Shown here one piece after another: positions 1 to 8,237 of a stretch of DNA of 49,867 nt; position 1 is the stretch's first letter; each line of letters begins with the position of its first letter. The DNA lies in the IMG/VR virus record IMGVR_UViG_3300012953_006946, positions 1 through 49,867 of that record; one strand, given 5' to 3'. The DNA is from a virus. Lineage: Duplodnaviria > Caudoviricetes. The translations under genes and the position numbers were made by a program. The notes beneath the pieces were generated by a model. That model made no database searches. It had not been told where the DNA came from and saw only the letters and a program-made list of their open reading frames with translations.

Positions 1-1464
1 GACGTCTTATTGAGCGAAATGTTCCCAGGTGTTAAGCTACCCAGCGGCGAATTCGATCTATTCGGCGATATATTTGCTGACTATCTTAAGAACGATGGTA
101 ACTTAGTCCTTGGTGTTCCAGAACAGCTTAGCATGAAAAACGGTGATATCATTGACTTAAGTCCGGGCTCTAAACACGATCAACGAGCGCAGCAATATGA
201 AAAGAAGTTCAAGGACATGTTTGATACAGTGCTTGACCCGCTCAAAGGAAAGGTGGCAATGTTCAACATCTTCGAGGTCGAACACCGAGGCCTCGAGCGT
301 GCAAGGAAACAAGCTGAAGAGAAAATGCAGGTGGACCACGGCCCACTCATCGATCTCATCAAGGCTATGGGCGGAGAGTTTAAGTACTTCGACGAAAGCT
401 ACCAAGAAGAAGGCACCGAAGAATTAATATTCGATACCGGACTCAAACCTGAAAAGGCGGTCATGGGTGTCGAAGAGTTTGCTAAGCAATTTCCAAAAGA
501 GGTAGAGGGTATCGAGTCTCTAGGGTATAAGATAACAAGCGCGTTTGACGGATTCGGCACCAACCCTGTAGAGATCAGGCTTCAGAAGTCTGCTATGAAA
601 GAAAGTGCTTTAAGAAACTATATAAGAGGCATGCTAGTCGAGACATCCGAGTATGATGACAAGTTTAGAAAGCTTCTTGATGCAGATCAATTTGAACATG
701 CGATCGCCTTAGCCGGTTCGCTTGGTATGGAACCTCGTGATTTGCCGTGGAACTCTATAGACATTGGCAACTGGATCCAAGAAATTGTCGGTGACGGGGA
801 GGGATGGGCAATCGACCCCAAGGTTCATGCGCAAAGATACCTAGACGCCAAGCAGGAAGTTTTGTCCAAGGTTGGTATAACTGAAGACGACTACCTACGC
901 ATGATTGACGGAACAGAACAGCAAGCCGAAGAAGATCTCGCGCGCCGAAGACTAAAAGAAAGTGTCGAAGAAGATGACATGTATGTCAATAAGATTATGA
1001 AGATCTTTCCGGGTGATATGAAGCAAGCCATAGCGTTAGCTGATTCCATAGGGCTAGACCATCCCCGCATTCAAGCTATGAGAGAAATGCAAGCGTGGGT
1101 GGCGAAATTCTTAGCAGAGTGGGAACAAAAAGACGCCCAAGACTTTAACACGGGGATGGACCCAGAGTCAGACGAGGCTCGTAAGATTTGGAAGCGACGC
1201 TCCGACACAGTTGCCGCGCTGGACACGCAGAGTCTTCGGCTCTTAAAATCTATTTATGCGCCATCACAGTCTGATAACATCGTGCATCGAGATCGTTTTG
1301 GTCTTGGAGAAGGCACGTCTCTGTCAACACTCCTTTCATCTCTTTTTGTATATTATACCGATGGTCCAACTCGGAAAGGATACCGCCCCAAAGAACTCGA
1401 AGCTGTAAGAGATCTTGCAGATGTAGCCAGTGCTGCTGCGCCCCAACTAGCGAGGAGTAGATAA
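1..1464 (+). CDS. Acidic multidomain hypothetical phage protein, probably 5'-truncated by the window edge; contains an internal leader-like motif
   Basis: Frame is open from base 1. Internal MKESALRNYIRGMLVE (595-642) matches the leader of downstream genes. Internal repeat AIALAGSLG / AIALADSIG. Confidence 0.6.
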   Translation, partial: DVLLSEMFPGVKLPSGEFDLFGDIFADYLKNDGNLVLGVPEQLSMKNGDIIDLSPGSKHDQRAQQYEKKFKDMFDTVLDPLKGKVAMFNIFEVEHRGLERARKQAEEKMQVDHGPLIDLIKAMGGEFKYFDESYQEEGTEELIFDTGLKPEKAVMGVEEFAKQFPKEVEGIESLGYKITSAFDGFGTNPVEIRLQKSAMKESALRNYIRGMLVETSEYDDKFRKLLDADQFEHAIALAGSLGMEPRDLPWNSIDIGNWIQEIVGDGEGWAIDPKVHAQRYLDAKQEVLSKVGITEDDYLRMIDGTEQQAEEDLARRRLKESVEEDDMYVNKIMKIFPGDMKQAIALADSIGLDHPRIQAMREMQAWVAKFLAEWEQKDAQDFNTGMDPESDEARKIWKRRSDTVAALDTQSLRLLKSIYAPSQSDNIVHRDRFGLGEGTSLSTLLSSLFVYYTDGPTRKGYRPKELEAVRDLADVASAAAPQLARSR

Positions 1465-1667
1465 TGAATATTATTGTCACTATCTTAATATCGTTTGCTA
1501 TGATTTTTATAGGTTTGCTTTTTGCTGTGGGGTGGGTGAGTTGGTTTCCTAAGACTAGGTGCCAAAAAATTAATAAGAACAGCTCTTGTAGATATAACGT
1601 CTGTGTAAAAAATAAGTCACACGACGGTCCGCATATGTCCGCTAGCGGGCACGAATTTGGAGAGTAG
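1464..1667 (+). CDS. Small membrane-anchored protein with Cys/His-rich C-terminus
   Basis: N-terminal hydrophobic helix, then C..C..C..HDGPH. TAATG coupling to the upstream ORF. Confidence 0.6.
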   Translation: MNIIVTILISFAMIFIGLLFAVGWVSWFPKTRCQKINKNSSCRYNVCVKNKSHDGPHMSASGHEFGE

Positions 1668-1672
1668 CGCTA

Positions 1673-2005
1673 ATGATAACCATAACAGATAGAGCCGTCG
1701 CGAAGGCAAAATTTTTTAAAGAAAAGATGGACGCTCCAGATGACTGGGTTATGAGTGTAGGTCTTCAAGGTGGCGGTTGTTCCGGGTTCAAATATCAAGT
1801 AGACTTTGTAGCACCACCGAAAGATGAGAGTATTTATAAGACTATTGAGAGTGACGGCCTTCGTGTGTTAGTTGATAAGAAATCGTATTTGTTTTTAGTT
1901 GGTACGGAAATTGACTACAAAGAAACAATGATGTCTTCTGGTTTTGAATTCAATTCTCCAATGGCAAAATCCGCATGTGGATGTGGCGAATCTGTGGGGT
2001 TTTAA
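1673..2005 (+). CDS. iscA: A-type Fe-S cluster carrier protein (HesB/IscA/ErpA family)
   Basis: MITITDRA start, GGGCSG motif, C-terminal CGCGES, 110 aa. Confidence 0.93.
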   Translation: MITITDRAVAKAKFFKEKMDAPDDWVMSVGLQGGGCSGFKYQVDFVAPPKDESIYKTIESDGLRVLVDKKSYLFLVGTEIDYKETMMSSGFEFNSPMAKSACGCGESVGF

Positions 2006-2454
2006 TGAACATACTACGCGAGTACATAAGGTCTCTATTGCTTGAAACAGCCGACCAGCAACTGGTGGTGCCTGCTAAGATTTTAGGCACGGACACCGGC
2101 GAATATAGGACAGAGTGGTTCTGGCAAAACTTTCGCAAACTGCCTAAGAAAGAACAGCTCGCATGGGCCGAAAAATATTTTGCCGGTGGAATAAAGGAAC
2201 CTCTGGATGTCCGAGTTTATGCTGATGGATCTCTCATGTTTTCAGATGGCCACCACAGAGCCAAGTCTGCAACTTTGCTGGATGAGATGATACCAATCCG
2301 CATATCACGCAACCAGCTTCAGGAAAAATCTGATGAGCTGTGGGAGTATTGGCTCAGCTTGATAATGCAAGGCCTCCACCCGAAGTACGATCTAAACCCC
2401 GAAGGGTGGAACATTAAAACGCTGGAGCAGGCGAAGGAGCTAGCGGGGCGATGA
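2005..2454 (+). CDS. ParB/Sulfiredoxin-like domain protein with N-terminal leader
   Basis: ATG at 2005 (TAATG overlap) gives MNILREYIRSLLLE. EPLDV...SDGHHR matches the ParB-N DGHHR signature. Confidence 0.6.
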   Translation: MNILREYIRSLLLETADQQLVVPAKILGTDTGEYRTEWFWQNFRKLPKKEQLAWAEKYFAGGIKEPLDVRVYADGSLMFSDGHHRAKSATLLDEMIPIRISRNQLQEKSDELWEYWLSLIMQGLHPKYDLNPEGWNIKTLEQAKELAGR

Positions 2455-3044
2455 ACCTTCTTCGCGAGTACATAAGAGAACTGCTGACCGAGGCTGCTAG
2501 AGGGCCTGCTGATCTGCCTGAAGGTGTATTCGTGGAGATCATAGAACAAGGCGACCATGCCAAGTTTCGTTATGCTTATAAGGAGCCTGGATTCAAACGA
2601 CCGGAAGCGTCTAGGACACCTGGCGGAAAGGTTGCCATTATGAAACCTGACCATCCTTGCGGTGGAGCCTACGAAGTTGTGTTATCACGCGCCTCCCAGG
2701 GCTGGGGCCCAATGCTGTATGATGTCGCGATGGAATGGGCGACTCAAAATGGTGGAGGTCTAGTTTCCGATCGATCACACGTCTCACCATCCGCAAGAGG
2801 CGTTTGGGACTATTATCTATCAAATCGAGGTGACGTGCAAGGCGTTCAACTTGACGATTTAAGGAACACGATAACACCGGAAGAAGAAGATAACTGTGAA
2901 CAGGGTTCAGCCACTATAGGACGAAGCAGCGCAGGTATGCCAAAGGTCGTCGACTTTCAAGAGTCTCCTCTCAGCAAAAGATACACTAAGACACCCTCAA
3001 CAATGAATGCACTTGAAGCTTCAGGTAAACTGGTGATAACATGA
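2451..3044 (+). CDS. Hypothetical phage protein, possible GNAT-like fold, with N-terminal leader
   Basis: MNLLREYIRELLTE leader. SQGWGPMLYD and VSPSARGVW resemble GNAT motif A/B spacing (tentative). Confidence 0.5.
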   Translation: MNLLREYIRELLTEAARGPADLPEGVFVEIIEQGDHAKFRYAYKEPGFKRPEASRTPGGKVAIMKPDHPCGGAYEVVLSRASQGWGPMLYDVAMEWATQNGGGLVSDRSHVSPSARGVWDYYLSNRGDVQGVQLDDLRNTITPEEEDNCEQGSATIGRSSAGMPKVVDFQESPLSKRYTKTPSTMNALEASGKLVIT

Positions 3045-3334
3045 AAATTACAAAACGACAATTAAGAAAAATTATCAAAGAAGAAATTAATCGGATGACT
3101 GGTTTACCGGAAGAGACGCCTACGATGACTGTAGAGGTTGAGTGGACGAGCGCGCCATATGATGAAGAGGAAGAGGGTACTATGTACGTTATTCCTCTGT
3201 CGATCGGCAAGCAGGGTCATGATGCAGTCAGGGATTATATTGATGGCAAGTTCTACCCTCGATACAAGTACATTTTTTCAAAGGGTGGTGCCGATGAGAT
3301 TGATATGGCAGTGGCGGGGGCATTGGGCAGATGA
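3041..3334 (+). CDS. Small hypothetical phage protein with MKITKRQLRKIIKEE leader
   Basis: ATGA overlaps on both sides. Basic amphipathic N-terminal helix ending in I-K-E-E. Confidence 0.7.
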   Translation: MKITKRQLRKIIKEEINRMTGLPEETPTMTVEVEWTSAPYDEEEEGTMYVIPLSIGKQGHDAVRDYIDGKFYPRYKYIFSKGGADEIDMAVAGALGR

Positions 3335-4458
3335 ACCTACTCCGCGAGTACATAAGAGGCCTGCTGATTGAGACTGCGATAGGTCAATGTTATCCGCATG
3401 CTGTCAAGATGGCCAAGGGTTCTTCTCAAGAAGAATTCTCAGACCTAACCAGGTTCAAGGTGGCACACGGAAGAATAACAGACAAATTTTCAGGCGAATC
3501 AGTCATGCACGCCTGGGTTGAAAAAGGTGATATGATATTTGACTGGCAGACCCACAACACAAAACCAGACGGGATTGACAGAGAAACGTATTACGACATG
3601 TTCCAACCAGAGATTCATGATGAGTATACTGCTGAAGAGACCATGGTCAACTGCTTGAAAAGCGGTCAGGCCGGACCATGGGATTTAAAAGAGTCTGTAA
3701 GAGATATGTTAGATGACCACCATGCGGAAGGTAATCCGTGGGAGCAGGTATTCCAAGCTATTAAAGCAAACCGGCTCTATGGGGCTCCGGAGCCTGACAT
3801 TAATATTGACTTTCTAGCAGATGTTATGAACAAAGAGCTGGACTATGACTTTGATAGACATGCTTTTGTCCCTACGCAATATAGCACATTTGAGGACTGG
3901 TTTTTAAGAGAGCTTTCCGATGAGACACTCGACATATGTCTTAAAAAAGCAGCCTTATGTGACATGTCATCCCCAGTGCAAGGAACAGTAAGAAAATTTG
4001 TCCCTAGCGGAGAGATGACTCTTAAAAAGTCTGTAATAATGTCAGAAGATTTACTAGATCTTTTGAGCAGTGATAGACTGATTCAGATATCACTAAAAAA
4101 GACAGACTATCACCATGTGCATAGTCCTGTGAATGGTCAAGTAAAAGAGGTGTCGGGATTAGAAAAGGATGAGTTTTTTCCAGGGTCTGAGGCAATGGTT
4201 ATCATCACGATCGGTACAGGCTTCGGTGATGTAAAAGTCGTGTGCATAGGCGAGTGGAGTGTACAAACATTTCTTTCTCATGTTGAGGCTGGTGACCATG
4301 TTGATAAAATGACACAGCTAGGTTTTTTCTATTTTGGCTCTCAAGTAATTGTTGCATTTCCGCTATGTGTGGAAATCATAGTTAATGATAACGCAAAGCA
4401 AAGGGTGTTCCCAGGCGACCCGATAGGAATTTGTGATGAAAGAGTACACAACATTTAG
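3331..4458 (+). CDS. psd: Fusion: leader + small Cys-His-Asp (papain/transglutaminase-like) domain + phosphatidylserine decarboxylase-like domain
   Basis: GQCYPHA...HAWVE...FD in the N-terminal part. C-terminal FEDWFLR, SPVQG, DYHHVHSPVNG and LGFFYFGSQVI (pyruvoyl-forming G-S site analogous to LGST). Confidence 0.7.
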   Translation: MNLLREYIRGLLIETAIGQCYPHAVKMAKGSSQEEFSDLTRFKVAHGRITDKFSGESVMHAWVEKGDMIFDWQTHNTKPDGIDRETYYDMFQPEIHDEYTAEETMVNCLKSGQAGPWDLKESVRDMLDDHHAEGNPWEQVFQAIKANRLYGAPEPDINIDFLADVMNKELDYDFDRHAFVPTQYSTFEDWFLRELSDETLDICLKKAALCDMSSPVQGTVRKFVPSGEMTLKKSVIMSEDLLDLLSSDRLIQISLKKTDYHHVHSPVNGQVKEVSGLEKDEFFPGSEAMVIITIGTGFGDVKVVCIGEWSVQTFLSHVEAGDHVDKMTQLGFFYFGSQVIVAFPLCVEIIVNDNAKQRVFPGDPIGICDERVHNI

Positions 4459-5743
4459 AGAAGACGAATTCTGGAAGTCTATTCCTATTTGGAAAGATGT
4501 AGACTATCAGACTTTTATTGATCACAAATGGCAAGAAAAGAATGCCATCACAAATCACAAAAAACTTCTAAATACAATTCAGGATCTAGTAAGCGATGAG
4601 TTTTTAGAAGATGCGAAGTCCGGTTTTAAAAAAGCTCCAATGACGACTAGAATAACTCCTTATCTGCTTTCATTGATGGACTGGAAAGATCCTGTCAACT
4701 GTCCTATTAGAAGACAATTCCTGACACTTGCTTCTCATCTCCAACCTAACCATCCTATGTTGCGATTCGATAGCTTAGGTGAACAGGCAGATTCCCCTGT
4801 GAAAGGTCTGACACATCGATACGAAGACAAAGTATTGTTTCTTGCTCTGGACACGTGCCCAGTTTATTGCAGATACTGTACACGAGCCTACGCTGTAGGT
4901 GGCGATACAGACACAGCCGCGAAGATTTCCATCAAGGCAACCAAGGATCGATGGAACTATATGTTTGAGTACTTAAAACAAAACGATCAGATTCAGGATG
5001 TAGTGATATCTGGTGGAGACTCATATCGACTCAAGGCATCACAAGTAAGAGAAATCGGTGAAGAGCTGCTAAAAATCGATCACATTAGGCGTTTTCGGTT
5101 TGCCACGAAAGGACTTGCGATCATGCCAATGAAGATATTAACTGATGCAGCATGGACTGATGCGGTTTGTAGGATATCGAGCAAGGCAAGAAAGCAACAC
5201 AAGGAGGTGTGTATCCATACACACTTCAACCACTCGAATGAAATCACAGGCATCACGCAAGAAGCCATGAACATTTTATTCTCTAGAGGTGTCAAAGTTA
5301 GAAACCAGTCCGTGTTTCAAAATCATGTAAATGACTCAGCTGAAAGCATGATCCCACTGGTAAAAAAATTAAGTTACATCAATATTCAGCCTTATTATGT
5401 TTATGTTCATGACTTAACAGCAGGAACTGAAGATATGCGTACATCTTTGCAGACTGCACTTGATGTAGAAAAAAGTGTTAGAGGAGTGACTTCTGGTTTT
5501 AATACGCCTACATTTGTTGTTGATGCCCCAGGTGGCGGAGGAAAACGTTGCGCGCACTCATATGAATGGTATGATAGAAGCAGTGGAATAAGTGTATGGA
5601 CTGCACCTTCTGTCAAGCCTGGTAAAAAGTTTTTGTACTTTGATCCTCTACATACTCTAAGTGAGAGTGCACAGAAAGACTGGCAACAAGAAGATATTTA
5701 TAAAGACATGATAAAGAATGCCATGTCGAAGGTGGATGTATGA
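4436..5743 (+). CDS. kamA: KamA-family radical SAM enzyme (lysine 2,3-aminomutase-like)
   Basis: GLTHRY, CPVYCRYCTR (CX3CX2C), SGGD, HFNH, NQSV, DAPGGGGK (PLP lysine). Confidence 0.93.
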   Translation: MKEYTTFREDEFWKSIPIWKDVDYQTFIDHKWQEKNAITNHKKLLNTIQDLVSDEFLEDAKSGFKKAPMTTRITPYLLSLMDWKDPVNCPIRRQFLTLASHLQPNHPMLRFDSLGEQADSPVKGLTHRYEDKVLFLALDTCPVYCRYCTRAYAVGGDTDTAAKISIKATKDRWNYMFEYLKQNDQIQDVVISGGDSYRLKASQVREIGEELLKIDHIRRFRFATKGLAIMPMKILTDAAWTDAVCRISSKARKQHKEVCIHTHFNHSNEITGITQEAMNILFSRGVKVRNQSVFQNHVNDSAESMIPLVKKLSYINIQPYYVYVHDLTAGTEDMRTSLQTALDVEKSVRGVTSGFNTPTFVVDAPGGGGKRCAHSYEWYDRSSGISVWTAPSVKPGKKFLYFDPLHTLSESAQKDWQQEDIYKDMIKNAMSKVDV

Positions 5744-6798
5744 AAGCAAAAGAAGAAATTCTAGATTACAGAACAGACTGTGTCCTTAGAAGCTTTGTAC
5801 AAGAAGCGATGCTTTCAAGAAATCAACCACTAGTGATTCCCCTGTCTTCTGTTAAACCTTCATTTCATGAAATAAAGTCTTACATATTTGAAAGATCTTA
5901 TGTGACTAATGTCTTGGGTCTAGACATTCCTTTAAATGAGTCTTATCCTTATACACCTTCTTTTGAGCGTCGCATTATTCAAGAGCAGATGTTAATGGAA
6001 GGATTCTTTAGCGATATCCTTCAAAAAGGTAAAGATATGCTTATCTCTGCCAAGGAAGGTGTTAAGAAATTTGGAGAAGAGGCATGGTCAGTTCTTCAGG
6101 GTTTCTATCTCGCAGTCAAAGAAGGAAAGGCCGAGACTCTATTTAGGGCGATTGCTGGTGATATCATCAAAGGTATCTATATGCCGGTCAAGAAGGCTCT
6201 TAGTTTCCTCGTGGAAAAACTTCCTGAATGGAAAATGCCCACCTTTGCAGACTGGGCTCAAAAGAGCTTGGACTTTCTTAAGAAAATAAAAGATGCAATG
6301 ATGTCTGCTAAGGGTTGGAAAAAGGTCGCGATGGCTTCTGGAGTAGCTATAGGTCTTAAGCTCCTGTGGGGCAAGATAGGCGACTGGATTGACGAGCTCA
6401 AAAATATGGTAGGCGGTGACTTTAGTAACGCCACAGGTCTAGATATAGCCCTCAGTGAGGGAGAAGGCACAGTCGGAAATTCCAAAGTCCAAAAGATTAT
6501 AGAGTTTTTAAAGGACTCTTTAAAAGGTGCTATCAAAAACGCGTTCGGAGGAGAGGTGAAGGATCTTATCAAGAAGGTGGCCATGGCACCATCGATCGCT
6601 TCTTGGTGGACCGCTGCTAAGGCGGCAGCCGGAGGGGCGGCGCTCGTCGCAGATGCAATTGGTGGTGCTACTAAAAAGTTTGTCGATGACCACGAAGAAG
6701 GGCAAAGAATTAAAAAAGGTACCACAGCAAAAGAACAAAATGAAGCACTTTTAAGGCAGGTTATTAGAGAGGCATTGCTTAGAGAAGCGATGGCATGA
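5740..6798 (+). CDS. Helical Ala/Gly/Lys-rich hypothetical protein with several L-x-E sites; possible internal virion/ejected protein
   Basis: VLRSFVQE, LNES, LMEGFF, LSEG and C-terminal EALLRQVIREALLRE. Moderately hydrophobic helices. Confidence 0.55.
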   Translation: MKAKEEILDYRTDCVLRSFVQEAMLSRNQPLVIPLSSVKPSFHEIKSYIFERSYVTNVLGLDIPLNESYPYTPSFERRIIQEQMLMEGFFSDILQKGKDMLISAKEGVKKFGEEAWSVLQGFYLAVKEGKAETLFRAIAGDIIKGIYMPVKKALSFLVEKLPEWKMPTFADWAQKSLDFLKKIKDAMMSAKGWKKVAMASGVAIGLKLLWGKIGDWIDELKNMVGGDFSNATGLDIALSEGEGTVGNSKVQKIIEFLKDSLKGAIKNAFGGEVKDLIKKVAMAPSIASWWTAAKAAAGGAALVADAIGGATKKFVDDHEEGQRIKKGTTAKEQNEALLRQVIREALLREAMA

Positions 6799-7754
6799 AA
6801 CTTCTTCGCGAGTTTGTCGACAACGTATTATTCGATGAGTCAATAAAGATATCAGTATCTGGAGACGTTATGTTTGGTAGATACGTAGGATACTCATATC
6901 ACCCTCTTCAAATTGACAATCCTCTTAAACAGACAGAGTTGATATTCAAAAGCTCAGATCTTTCTATTGTCAATCTAGAGACACCTCTTTACAATGGAGT
7001 GCCTACATGGTGGGAAAAATATTCTCTACCTAGAAGCAACTACCAAAAGACATTAGTTGCCCCGACTGACAAGGCTGGTGATCTTGTAAGTGCAGGTATT
7101 AATCTAGTGTCGCTTGCTAACAACCACGCTGACGACGCTGGATACGAGGGTTTTGAATCTACAAGGTCTGCGCTGGACTCAGTAGGTATACTTCATGCAG
7201 GAACGGCTGTAGATGATCCATTTGCACCCACTAATATCTCTGTTCGAGGTAAGCGAGTAGTTTTCTTTTCTGTCACACTTAAAAGAAATTTTGGAAAAGA
7301 TTGGGGTGATAGTAAAGAGTATCCTGATCCATTGGCGCATATTGACACAGTCAAAAAGTACGAAAAGCTTTTGAACATGATTCAGTTTCAACGATCCATG
7401 TATCCTGATTCTTTTATAATTGTTTCTGTCCATTGGGGCGTGCAGTACAAAAATGACAACGAGATATGGCAAGAAATTTTAGCGAAAGACATTGTTGATT
7501 CAGGCGCAAACTGTATTTTAGGTCATCATCCGCATGTACTCCAGAAAGTTTCTACTTACAAAGGTGCTATTATATTCTTTTCCCTAGGTAATCTATTGTT
7601 CGATCACAACTACGATATTCCTGGGCATGCTAGTAAAGAAAATAAAAAGACAGATCGAGGTGTGATATACACATTCACTGTGTCGAAAGACAACAGAATA
7701 GACACAATAAAAAAGATAAATACTGTCAGCACTAAAATGGGTGTGTCTATATGA
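6795..7754 (+). CDS. CapA/PGA_cap family metallophosphoesterase-like protein with N-terminal leader
   Basis: GDVMFGR, NLETP, LANNH, HAG, VHWG, GHHPHV, FSLGN motifs. Leader MKLLREFVDNVL. Confidence 0.88.
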   Translation: MKLLREFVDNVLFDESIKISVSGDVMFGRYVGYSYHPLQIDNPLKQTELIFKSSDLSIVNLETPLYNGVPTWWEKYSLPRSNYQKTLVAPTDKAGDLVSAGINLVSLANNHADDAGYEGFESTRSALDSVGILHAGTAVDDPFAPTNISVRGKRVVFFSVTLKRNFGKDWGDSKEYPDPLAHIDTVKKYEKLLNMIQFQRSMYPDSFIIVSVHWGVQYKNDNEIWQEILAKDIVDSGANCILGHHPHVLQKVSTYKGAIIFFSLGNLLFDHNYDIPGHASKENKKTDRGVIYTFTVSKDNRIDTIKKINTVSTKMGVSI

Positions 7755-8215
7755 GGCTACTAAAAGAATACGTTCAGTTTATTCTTAAGGGAGAAGATAA
7801 CATGTCATATGATCATGAAAAGCCGCCGGGAGGTGGAATAGTCGTGGTACGCCAATTTGATGATGGCTGGAGGGTTCTCTGTTTACACACAGAAGACTTT
7901 ATGGATCTCCCCAAAGGTGGAATTGACCCTGGTGAAGATGTGCTTTCTACAGCCCTTAGAGAGACTCAGGAAGAAGCAAACATAACAGATTTGAGATTCA
8001 GCTGGGGATTTAAAACAGTCAAGCTAAATCAATTAACAATGTTTTTGGCAGAAACAAAGCAGGATCCAGAGATTACTCCTAATCCACACACTGGCGTGCT
8101 AGAGCACCTAGGGGCATCCTGGTTAGGATGGAACGAAGCGTATAGTGCTACAAAGCCATGGCTGGCACCTAGTATTGAATGGGCTAGAAAAATAATAGAG
8201 AAGCAAGCAGCCTAG
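7751..8215 (+). CDS. Nudix hydrolase (Ap4A hydrolase-like) with N-terminal leader
   Basis: Nudix box LPKGGIDPGEDVLSTALRETQEEANI. Leader MRLLKEYVQFIL. Confidence 0.9.
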   Translation: MRLLKEYVQFILKGEDNMSYDHEKPPGGGIVVVRQFDDGWRVLCLHTEDFMDLPKGGIDPGEDVLSTALRETQEEANITDLRFSWGFKTVKLNQLTMFLAETKQDPEITPNPHTGVLEHLGASWLGWNEAYSATKPWLAPSIEWARKIIEKQAA

Positions 8216-8227
8216 ATATTATCTAGG
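8211..8227. promoter_or_regulatory. Perfect inverted repeat CCTAGATA-T-TATCTAGG between the Nudix and tail fibre genes
   Basis: 8-bp arms with a 1-nt spacer, read directly from the sequence. Function unknown. Confidence 0.35.
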
Positions 8228-8237
8228 TGTAAAGAGT

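Noticed and set aside
4436-4470. KamA N-terminus (MKEYTTFRE) as another copy of the leader
   Set aside because: It does not fit the L-[RK]-E-[YF]-[IV]-x-x-L-L pattern.
6795-7754. Poly-gamma-glutamate capsule synthesis locus
   Set aside because: No capB/capC and no membrane anchor; only the phosphoesterase-like domain is present.
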